Shown here one piece after another: positions 20,076-28,656 of a stretch of 64,000 nucleotides of DNA; position 1 is the first letter of the stretch; the number at the start of each line of letters is the position of its first letter. This stretch comes from a virus, in the IMG/VR virus record IMGVR_UViG_3300046703_000100, positions 1 through 64,000 of that record; one strand, 5' to 3'. The notes under the pieces are model-generated. The model was not told where the DNA came from. It did not search any database and saw only the letters and a program-made list of their open reading frames with translations. The position numbers and the translations under genes were made by a program.

Positions 20076-20228
20076 ATGAATAAGACACCAAAGAAAGATG
20101 TTAGTAAGTCTCGTAATGGAGAATTGTATTGCGAAAAATGCGGTTTCAAAAAGCGTGGCAAGAACCACGATGCCGGAGAACATCATACGAAAGGCAAAGA
20201 AGGTAAAGCAGACGTAAGCAAACCTTAA
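20076..20228 (+). CDS. 50-aa basic, putative Zn-binding protein (absent from the ORF track)
   Basis: SD AAGGAG; MNKTPKKDVSKSRNGELYCEKCGFKKRGKNHDAGEHHTKGKEGKADVSKP. Confidence 0.7.
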   Translation: MNKTPKKDVSKSRNGELYCEKCGFKKRGKNHDAGEHHTKGKEGKADVSKP

Positions 20229-20236
20229 AGAAAACT

Positions 20237-20383
20237 ATGAACAATCCAATATTATTAATACTTATTTTCTTTCAATTATGTGTAGCTGTAAATTATTTTA
20301 TACACAATGGGTTATTATTAGGTTGTTTGTTTATAATTTATGCTTTGGCAAATGTAATAACACTATTTATAAAGGTGCAATAA
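20237..20383 (+). CDS. 48-aa two-TM membrane peptide (absent from the ORF track)
   Basis: MNNPILLILIFFQLCVAVNYFIHNGLLLGCLFIIYALANVITLFIKVQ; TAATG-coupled to the MTase. Confidence 0.5.
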   Translation: MNNPILLILIFFQLCVAVNYFIHNGLLLGCLFIIYALANVITLFIKVQ

Positions 20384-21135
20384 TGAAAATAGAAAATATG
20401 TTAAATAAAATATTTTTAGAAACTCAAGAAAATTTTGAATATTTAAAACAAATACCAGATAATAGTATTGACCTTATTATTATTGACCCTCCTTATTTAA
20501 CTACGAAAGAATCTTGGGATAAAAAAGAAGTAGTTACAGAATGGTTATCTAAAGAATTATTTAGGGTATTAAAAAATACTGGTAGTTTATATTGTTGGTG
20601 TGGTATAGGAGAGAAAAGTCAATCTTTAATAAGATGGTTTCCAGTTTTTGCTAAAGACTGGTATTTTAAAGATTTAATTACTTGGAAAAAGCAAAGAGGA
20701 ATTGGTATGCGAAAAGGATGGTTATATACGAGAGAAGAAATAATGTGGTTTGTCAAAAATAATAAACAATTTATTTGGAATAAAGAAGTGCAATATAGTA
20801 ACGAAAAAAGAGAAGTTTTTGCAAATAATGACCAAACTAAATACGGAAGTGATAAAAAAAGATGGACAAATATTTGGATAGATATAAATGAAGATGGTAT
20901 GAGAGGTGGCAAAATTTTATATACTGGCAATGTTCATCCTACTCAAAAACCTATAAAAGCATTAGAAAGAATAATAAAATTACATACTCAAGAAAATGAT
21001 ATAGTATTAGATTGTTTTATGGGGGCAGGTTCTACTGCTCTTGCTTGTCAGAATTTAAATCGTAATTTTATAGGTATGGAAATATATCAGAATTATATAG
21101 ATATATCTTATAAAAGACTAAAAGGAGAATTATGA
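20383..21135 (+). CDS. Orphan beta-class N6A/N4C DNA methyltransferase
   Basis: IDLIIIDPPY, HPTQKP, VLDCFMGAGST (motif IV before motif I). Confidence 0.9.
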   Translation: MKIENMLNKIFLETQENFEYLKQIPDNSIDLIIIDPPYLTTKESWDKKEVVTEWLSKELFRVLKNTGSLYCWCGIGEKSQSLIRWFPVFAKDWYFKDLITWKKQRGIGMRKGWLYTREEIMWFVKNNKQFIWNKEVQYSNEKREVFANNDQTKYGSDKKRWTNIWIDINEDGMRGGKILYTGNVHPTQKPIKALERIIKLHTQENDIVLDCFMGAGSTALACQNLNRNFIGMEIYQNYIDISYKRLKGEL

Positions 21136-21342
21136 AAAGTGAAAAATATAATATAGAGTTTTATCCTATGACAAAACACCTCGAAGGAATACAATCGCCA
21201 GACGAATATATAAAAACTCTTATAGATTATTTATATGGAGAACTCTTTGACAGAAGAATCGATAAAGAAAATAGTATTAAAATATTAAAAGAGACAATAA
21301 AAAAATTTGAGGAAAATTAAACCTTAAAGAAAAGGAAACACA

Positions 21343-23280
21343 ATGGAAAAAGAAATAATAGTAGGTTATCTTTTAGAATATTTAAAAAAGAGAGAAGTAA
21401 AAATTAAAGTCGCTGGTGCATGTACGATGTTGGAATGTCCTTATTGTCATAAAGTTCCCATGTCCGCCACCATACCACCTCGCTGTACCTTTATCAATTG
21501 TTTTTCTTGCAATGCCAAAAAGAAGAATATAATCGATATAGTAAGAGATACTGAAAAGGTAGAAGGAACAGATGACGATGTAATTCATTATATTAAGGAA
21601 TTATTAAATTTAGATATGGTTACAAAAAAGGATACAGAAAAAATAAATGAAGTCTTAAAATTCTATGTGGAAAACGGATTTGATTTAGTTCCGGTAGCCA
21701 AAGATAAGAAAATACCTGTAGAACAAGACTGGACACATAAAATTCATAAAGATATTGATGAATGGCAAACATGGTTAGGGGATGGAATTAATTTAGGAAT
21801 AAAGACTGGCAAATCTTCAAATCTTACAATTCTTGATGTAGACGTAAAACCAGTACCTAAAGAAATTTTAGCATTAGTAGGAGATACTTTTACATTAGAG
21901 ACTTCTAAAGGATTTCAATATTATTATAAATATATCGCAGAATTACCAAAAACTCGTATCAACGATTTAAAAATAGATTTAGAAAACGAAGGTGGTCAAT
22001 GTGTTGCTTTTCCTTCTATAGTAGATGGAGTGAAAAGAAAAATAAATTCTTTTAAACCTATTATAGAAATGCCTAAAGATTTACTAGATTATTTAAAAAC
22101 AAAAGTAACAGTACCTTTAAAATCCTTTAGTGAAAAATTAAAAGAAGATATTCAGACTGAGAACTTTAACCTTAATCTTCTCAATGAGGGTGAGAGAAAT
22201 GTTTCTTTATTAAAATTAGGCGGTCTTCTTCGTAAAGAATTGAATGTTAACCAAACAGAACGAGTTTTAAGTATACTTAATAGACATATTTGTACAAATC
22301 CTATTTCTTCAAAAGATTTAAATGCTATGGTTAAAAGTTTGTCTCGCTATACAGATTTCGATGAAAAAGAATTAGCTCATAGAGTAATGATTTATCTCAA
22401 AGATGTAGAAGAAGCAGGAAGAATGGAAATTTGTTCTGCTATTATGGGAACGAATCGTGGAGAAGAAAAAATAAGAATAGATAAAGTATTAAATTATTTA
22501 GTAAAAGAAGGATATATACAGAAGAAAGGTTCTCGTTATATTCTTTTACAGAAAATGACTTGGGCAAATTCTTTATTAGATACTGACAATAATATAGGAT
22601 TTAAAATACCTTATTTTTATGATATTGCAAATATTGAGTATGGAGATTTAATTTTAATTGGAGGTACTCCAAAATTAGGTAAAACACATATTTCTATGAA
22701 TATAATAAAACAATTAGTAGAACAAGGAATAAAACCTTATTATATTTCATTAGAATCGGGAAGTCGTTTTAAAAAAATTGCTCTTCAATTAGGATTAAAA
22801 GACGACGATTTTAATTATAATAAAAAATGGATAGACCCTGTTGGAATCCAATTAGAATCTAAAGCAATCATGATTATAGATTGGTTATGTCCTGATAATT
22901 TTGCAGAAGTAGATAAAATATTTAGACATTTTACAGAACAATTAGCTAAAACAGGTGGAATATTGATTGTATTTATGCAATTAAAAGGAGATGGAAATTG
23001 GTTTTCTTCGAACCTTGTTATGCAATTTCCAGCATTATGTGTAAAATATATTTACGACGATGAAAAAGATGGTACTTATGGCAAATTTGTTATAAACGCT
23101 GTTAGAGACCCAAAATCACATATTAAAACATGGGAAATAGCATGTAAATATGACTGGCAGACTAAATTGTTTTTACGAATAGATGAATTAGAAAAGAAAG
23201 AAATAAAAGAACAAGGGAGTACTAAAGAATTACCAAAAGACGGAGAAATACAAATTGATACGCAGGAGATAAGCAATTGA
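21343..23280 (+). CDS. Primase-helicase (Zn finger, bifunctional Prim-Pol, PriCT, RecA-fold ATPase)
   Basis: CPYC/CFSC; NLGIKTG...ILDVD, TSKGFQYYY; GERN; GGTPKLGKT, IIDW. Confidence 0.8.
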   Translation: MEKEIIVGYLLEYLKKREVKIKVAGACTMLECPYCHKVPMSATIPPRCTFINCFSCNAKKKNIIDIVRDTEKVEGTDDDVIHYIKELLNLDMVTKKDTEKINEVLKFYVENGFDLVPVAKDKKIPVEQDWTHKIHKDIDEWQTWLGDGINLGIKTGKSSNLTILDVDVKPVPKEILALVGDTFTLETSKGFQYYYKYIAELPKTRINDLKIDLENEGGQCVAFPSIVDGVKRKINSFKPIIEMPKDLLDYLKTKVTVPLKSFSEKLKEDIQTENFNLNLLNEGERNVSLLKLGGLLRKELNVNQTERVLSILNRHICTNPISSKDLNAMVKSLSRYTDFDEKELAHRVMIYLKDVEEAGRMEICSAIMGTNRGEEKIRIDKVLNYLVKEGYIQKKGSRYILLQKMTWANSLLDTDNNIGFKIPYFYDIANIEYGDLILIGGTPKLGKTHISMNIIKQLVEQGIKPYYISLESGSRFKKIALQLGLKDDDFNYNKKWIDPVGIQLESKAIMIIDWLCPDNFAEVDKIFRHFTEQLAKTGGILIVFMQLKGDGNWFSSNLVMQFPALCVKYIYDDEKDGTYGKFVINAVRDPKSHIKTWEIACKYDWQTKLFLRIDELEKKEIKEQGSTKELPKDGEIQIDTQEISN

Positions 23281-23513
23281 ATAAATTAAATATTAATATA
23301 CCTATCTGGAAAACAAAATCTATTGGCATAGCCGAGAGATTATTAAATGATGACGTGGAGATAGAGATTCTTTATAAGGACAAGAATGGTAATAGATTGT
23401 ATCCGGCTACTTACACGATTAAAAAAGAACTTGCAAAGAAGTTTCCTGTACAATTTATAAGAGGAATGAAATTATACATTGTACCGATAGCAAAGTTAAA
23501 GATAAAGGTATAA
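23277..23513 (+). CDS. Hypothetical protein
   Basis: SD AGGAG, TTG start overlapping the primase stop. Confidence 0.5.
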   Translation: MNKLNINIPIWKTKSIGIAERLLNDDVEIEILYKDKNGNRLYPATYTIKKELAKKFPVQFIRGMKLYIVPIAKLKIKV

Positions 23514-23762
23514 AAATGTTAAGCAAATGGTTTGAAAATACTTTTCAAGATATGTTAAGAGAAGAAACTCTTTTAAAAAAACAATTAGAAAAATTATTTT
23601 ATGTAAATCCAAAAGATTTAGACTCTATTAACGAGTATTTAAAAACAGCAACCGAAGTTAGAATGGACGCAATGCAAAAATTGCAGAAACATCTTGTTTC
23701 TTTACAACTTGATATGGGTCGTATGAATGATTATATATTTATAGAACAGAAAAGAGAAAACA

Positions 23763-24299
23763 ATGAATAAATTCGTATGGTCGATAGACAAAATCGAGAA
23801 GCGGTTCGAAATTGCTCTTAAACGCAATGCAATCGTACTTGGACTTGATTGTGCGACAAAGACAGGATATTGTGTTGCTAAAACCGATGAAAAAAAATTG
23901 ATATTAGAACTTGGTTTTATAAATATTGACGTTTCCAAAATTGAAGACAAATATGCTAAAAATGAATTTAGATATAATGCCTTCTATGATGCGATTAATT
24001 CTCTAATTGTACCAAAATTTGAAGCGATTGTAATAGAAGATGTATTCTTTTCAAGAAATGTACTTAGTTTGATTTTGCTTGCCAGAATAGGAGCGATAGC
24101 ATACACGATTTGTAAAGTAAAAGGAATAAAAGAGATTATATGGAAGAGTGCAATTTCTGCCAGAAAACTTTTGAAACTTCCTTGTAACAAAAAGAAAGTT
24201 ATAGTGCAGAAGGAATTTAGTAAAAAACTCGGAATACTTTTAAAGAATGAAGATGAAATCGACGCAATTATATTAGCATTAGTGGGGTTATTACAATGA
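23763..24299 (+). CDS. ruvC: RuvC-like Holliday junction resolvase
   Basis: VLGLDCATKTGY, IVIED, EDEIDAIILA. Confidence 0.8.
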   Translation: MNKFVWSIDKIEKRFEIALKRNAIVLGLDCATKTGYCVAKTDEKKLILELGFINIDVSKIEDKYAKNEFRYNAFYDAINSLIVPKFEAIVIEDVFFSRNVLSLILLARIGAIAYTICKVKGIKEIIWKSAISARKLLKLPCNKKKVIVQKEFSKKLGILLKNEDEIDAIILALVGLLQ

Positions 24300-24967
24300 A
24301 AAAATGTAAAGATTGTAAAGAAATTTGCGATGATAGAGCTATTAGATGCCATTCTTGTGCTAATAAAATATTAGGACAGAATCAAACAGGAAAAAATCAT
24401 CCTATGTATATAAATGGTAAAAGTAGAACAAAAAAATATCAAAAAGAATACAACAAAAAATATAGAGAAGAACACAAAGAAACTATGAAAATAAAATCTA
24501 AAATATATAGAACAAAAAATAAGGATATTAAAAAAGAATACGACAAACAATATCGTTTAAAAAATAAAATTAAAAGACAAAAATTACAACGAAAATATAA
24601 ACAAGAACATAAAAAAGAAAGAAAAATTTATAGAGATAATAAATTTAAAACGGATGTAGGATTTAAAATAGAACATAATTTAAGAGGTAGAATACACAGT
24701 GCTTTAAAAGGTAAAAACAAAAGTAAATCAACTATGAAATTAATAGGTTGTAGTATTGAAAATTTAAAAATACATTTAGAAAATAAATTTACCAAAGGTA
24801 TGACATGGAAGAATTATGGTAAAGGTGGTTGGGAGATAGACCATATCAGACCTTGTTGTAGTTTTAATCTTATTAATATTAAAGAACAATTAAAATGCTT
24901 CAATTATATAAATCTTCAACCCCTGTGGGCAGAAGATAATAGAAGAAAACATACAAAGGAGATATAA
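24296..24967 (+). CDS. Free-standing HNH-type endonuclease
   Basis: LIGCS...GMTWKNYG..WEIDHIRP...NLQPLWAEDN. Confidence 0.8.
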   Translation: MKKCKDCKEICDDRAIRCHSCANKILGQNQTGKNHPMYINGKSRTKKYQKEYNKKYREEHKETMKIKSKIYRTKNKDIKKEYDKQYRLKNKIKRQKLQRKYKQEHKKERKIYRDNKFKTDVGFKIEHNLRGRIHSALKGKNKSKSTMKLIGCSIENLKIHLENKFTKGMTWKNYGKGGWEIDHIRPCCSFNLINIKEQLKCFNYINLQPLWAEDNRRKHTKEI

Positions 24968-24971
24968 ATTT

Positions 24972-26033
24972 ATGGGTCGCCATTTAAAAACATGCTCATG
25001 CGAAAGTTGTAAAGAACGAGAGTCTCAAGAAATTATGAAAGAACAAATAGAACCAAAGATTGAAACACCTAAAGAGAATACTGAGTTTAATCGTACTATG
25101 AAAGAACTCGAACGAAAGTATTCTATGAAACCTGCATCTGAAATAGTAATTGAACCAAAGATTAGAACAGGTGTGTACGCATTTGATTATGTGTTGTCAG
25201 GGGGTATAGCACAATGTGAAGGTGGATGCAAAATTGAACTTTATGGTAGAGAATCAAGCGGAAAAACAACTTTGGCTATGAAAGTTGTAGCCAAATTTCA
25301 GGAATTAGGAAAATCTTGTATCTGGATAAATGCCGAGAATAACCTTGATTCGCTTTGGGCAGAAATGAACGGCGTAGATATAAACAAACTTTTAGTTACC
25401 AAACCAGAAACTCTTGAAGGTGCAGGAGACATGATTATAGATTTAGTCGGAAAGGTTGATTTAATAGTAATAGATAGTATTTCTATGCTTATTCCAGCAG
25501 AAGAATTAGAAGGAGGACTTGAGGATAAATCGATGGCATCTCAAGCAAAAGTGCTTTCTCCTTTTTGTCGAAAACTTTTACAATATTACAAAGATGCTAA
25601 AACTACGATTATCTTTATTAATCAGATGCGAGAAAAAGTCGGTGTTATGTATGGCAATCCCGAAACCACAAGCGGAGGCAGGGCAATTCGTCATCTTTAC
25701 GATATTCGAGTAGAAGTTCGTAAAGGTAAACCAATTGAAGAAGGAACAGGAGAAAGTAAAGAAGTAATAGGACATGAAATTCAACTAAAATGTACAAAAA
25801 ACAAAAAAGGTAGAGCGTATTTACAAAGTATCGTAGATTTTTTCAGTATTGCCAAGTTCGACAATCGTAAATCTTTAATTTTTGCTGGTCTAAAATATTG
25901 CGTGATTAAACGAGAAGGAAACACATACACTTTCAAGAATATATCAGCAGTAGGACAAGATAAGTTTATAGATAAATTCGATGATAAATTACTTAAAGAA
26001 CTTGAAGACGAAATTTGGAAATTGGAAAAATAA
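24972..26033 (+). CDS. recA: RecA/UvsX recombinase
   Basis: ELYGRESSGKTT, IVIDS, FINQMREKVGVMYGNPETTSGGRA, KNK. Confidence 0.95.
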   Translation: MGRHLKTCSCESCKERESQEIMKEQIEPKIETPKENTEFNRTMKELERKYSMKPASEIVIEPKIRTGVYAFDYVLSGGIAQCEGGCKIELYGRESSGKTTLAMKVVAKFQELGKSCIWINAENNLDSLWAEMNGVDINKLLVTKPETLEGAGDMIIDLVGKVDLIVIDSISMLIPAEELEGGLEDKSMASQAKVLSPFCRKLLQYYKDAKTTIIFINQMREKVGVMYGNPETTSGGRAIRHLYDIRVEVRKGKPIEEGTGESKEVIGHEIQLKCTKNKKGRAYLQSIVDFFSIAKFDNRKSLIFAGLKYCVIKREGNTYTFKNISAVGQDKFIDKFDDKLLKELEDEIWKLEK

Positions 26034-26047
26034 CTAAAAGGAGATTT

Positions 26048-26293
26048 ATGGAAAATGTACCTGTTGTACCTCTTAAATTAAACGGTCTTCGAGTAGAAGT
26101 TCGTCCAGCAGACTCAAAAGATGCCCAATTGTTTCAATTAGAAAAGGCATTAAAAATATTTAAGAAAAAACTTGAAAAAGATGGCATCTTATTTGAGGTA
26201 CGTGAAAGAAGATATTATACCAAACCTTCCATTATAATAAGAACGGCATATAAGAAATTACATCCAAAAAAGAAAAGAGTGCAAGCTAAATAA
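26048..26293 (+). CDS. rpsU: Ribosomal protein bS21 homolog
   Basis: SD AAGGAG; RVEVR...LEKALKIFKKKLEKDGILFEVRERRYYTKPS matches the bS21 consensus. Confidence 0.8.
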   Translation: MENVPVVPLKLNGLRVEVRPADSKDAQLFQLEKALKIFKKKLEKDGILFEVRERRYYTKPSIIIRTAYKKLHPKKKRVQAK

Positions 26294-26294
26294 C

Positions 26295-26843
26295 ATGATA
26301 TACTTCACTTCTGATTGGCACATTAATCACGCTAATATTATAAAATATACCAATCGCCCTTTTAAAAATGTTGCAGATATGAACAATAAAATTATTTCTA
26401 ATTGTAATGAAAGGGTGAAAGAAGAAGATACTTTGTTCTTTGTAGGTGATATAGGATTTAAGTCAGGAACAGGAAGAGGTGAAGGAGAACCAGAAAAATT
26501 ACAAATTTATCTTAATAAAATTAAATGTAAAAATATTATTTATATTGAAGGAAATCATGATTATTCGGGAAGAAACGGCTTTAAGACTATTATCAGAAAA
26601 ATAATAGTGCATTACGGTGGTAAAGATATATGTATTTTACACGACCCCAAATTTTGTGATACTAATTATGAAATAAATCTCGTTGGTCATGTACATAATA
26701 ATTGGGATATTCAGAGAATAAGAAGAGGGGAATCTTTTACGGATTGTGTTAATGTAGGTATAGATGTCAATAATTTTTATCCTGTAACTTATGGAGAAAT
26801 AATTTCTAAATTAAATAAATGGAGGAAACAAAATCATGAATAA
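26295..26843 (+). CDS. Calcineurin-like metallophosphoesterase
   Basis: SDWH, GD, GNHD, GHVH, NVGID. Confidence 0.9.
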   Translation: MIYFTSDWHINHANIIKYTNRPFKNVADMNNKIISNCNERVKEEDTLFFVGDIGFKSGTGRGEGEPEKLQIYLNKIKCKNIIYIEGNHDYSGRNGFKTIIRKIIVHYGGKDICILHDPKFCDTNYEINLVGHVHNNWDIQRIRRGESFTDCVNVGIDVNNFYPVTYGEIISKLNKWRKQNHE

Positions 26844-27405
26844 AACAGAAGAAGAGCGACTTTTCGAAGTAGGTAAAGGAAAAGAATATGAAACAATTGA
26901 TGAAATGTTAGATGACACGTCTTCAAAATATAAATATACCTATTTAGATTATTTAGAAATATATTTCAATAGATATATTCGTAATCCTATCGAAGAAGCC
27001 ATCAGATATATCAAGAGATTTTGGCAAAGAGGAATAAGAGGATATGGAGATAGCGATGTTTGGAATTTTGATTATTATCTTGCAACTGTTATATCATCAG
27101 GTGTAAAACACCTTATCAAATACGGTAATTCATGCTGGACAAAGAAGGATTTGGCTTCTTTGAAAGAAATAATCAAAACATTTGAGACTGCTAACGAAAT
27201 AAACGAACATAATTTGATTTATACACCTTCGAAAAAGTTTACTTGGTCGGCTTATAAGAAACAAAAGAGAACGTGTATATACATGAATAAGAAAAGGTCG
27301 TATCCAAGAGACAAAAAATATAGAGTTATGACTCTTCGGGAAGTATTACGTTTTGAAAAAGGGTTCGATACTTTCAAAGAAAAATTCTTTTATCTTTGGG
27401 ACTGA
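26836..27405 (+). CDS. Conserved phage hypothetical protein
   Basis: WQRGIRGYGDSDVWNFDYYL...LWD pattern. Confidence 0.55.
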   Translation: MNKTEEERLFEVGKGKEYETIDEMLDDTSSKYKYTYLDYLEIYFNRYIRNPIEEAIRYIKRFWQRGIRGYGDSDVWNFDYYLATVISSGVKHLIKYGNSCWTKKDLASLKEIIKTFETANEINEHNLIYTPSKKFTWSAYKKQKRTCIYMNKKRSYPRDKKYRVMTLREVLRFEKGFDTFKEKFFYLWD

Positions 27406-28066
27406 TATGACAATACATGAAGCAGATGAAATTTTATGTAATTATGAACGATTACAAGATAAATGTTGTACTTGTTTTCAAGGTTGTGCTCCTTGTTCTT
27501 ATTGTATTGATATGCCTTCAGAAGAACAAATTAAAGAAGCTTATATTACTTTAAATCAAAAGGAGACATAACATGGAAATATGTTCTGGAAGATTTACGA
27601 ATGAACCACATGAAGAAATTTGTTATGAAGGTAAAAAATGTCCTTTATGCGAAACAATGCAAGAGGTAGTAAAGTTACAGAAAACAATAGAGAATTTGGA
27701 AGATAGTTTAAAACAATACGAATAAGGAGACATATGAAATTTAAAAGTTATTGCGATTGTAAGTTTCACATGATGGAAGTTGATACTACTCCGATATATG
27801 GAGAAGATTATATAGGAATAACAATATATAATCATATATCAGAAAACACAGGAAAATTATTAAAGAAACCTATTGAATTAGGTACAGTGGTTTTGATTGG
27901 TAAAGAAGCCAGAAAATTTAAAAAAGAGATAATGAAATGAAAAAGAAAAAATTATTTAAAACTAAATGTAATTATTGTGGATGTCCTATTATAGAATGTC
28001 CAGAAAAAGAAGGTGTTATAAGAATTTTCGATATATGGTATAAAATAAATAAAAAGGAGATACAAA

Positions 28067-28516
28067 ATGAGAATATTAGAAATCGAACAAGCGTTTAAAG
28101 ATGAAGCGAAATTGAACACAGTATTAGAATTATGTAAGGAAGACATCGAATTGGTAGATTATTATGCCAGAGATATTCTGAAATCAAAATTGGCTAATAA
28201 TGCCGAAGAAGCAAAGTCCGCAGTACTTGTTCTTGCTGGAGTATATTCGAATCTTACCACAGTTTTGTCAGTAGCTATGACAGAAAAAAAGAATAGAGAA
28301 ATTAGAGAATATAACAGAATTCGAATTGAAGCAGAAAATGCAGAGAAAAAATTTACTTCTGCTATTGGCGAAGTACAAGCAAGCGAGTTTGTTGCTTCTT
28401 ATAGACGTATTAGAAATATTATAGAGGGATATTGTAATGGTTGTGAAAAACAAATTTCTGCTTTACAGTCCACAATTAAAAATGAAAAAAGGACTTATAA
28501 TGCCCCGACAGAATAA
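28067..28516 (+). CDS. Helical protein, possibly a UvsY-like recombination mediator
   Basis: All-helical, ends ISALQS..K; lies between recA and the polymerase. Function is inferred. Confidence 0.35.
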   Translation: MRILEIEQAFKDEAKLNTVLELCKEDIELVDYYARDILKSKLANNAEEAKSAVLVLAGVYSNLTTVLSVAMTEKKNREIREYNRIRIEAENAEKKFTSAIGEVQASEFVASYRRIRNIIEGYCNGCEKQISALQSTIKNEKRTYNAPTE

Positions 28517-28656
28517 AAAAGAAGAATGTTTTTTTTATATGAGAGGTAAATGTGCCAGAGATGAAGAGAATCCTATTGCTATAATACCTTGTACAAAGAA
28601 ATGTAAGTTTTTTCTTTCATGGGAACATATGTTGAATGGTTTATCAGAAAAGGATT

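Noticed and set aside
20383-21135. Complete restriction-modification system
   Set aside because: No adjacent restriction endonuclease; flanking ORFs are 48 and 62 aa
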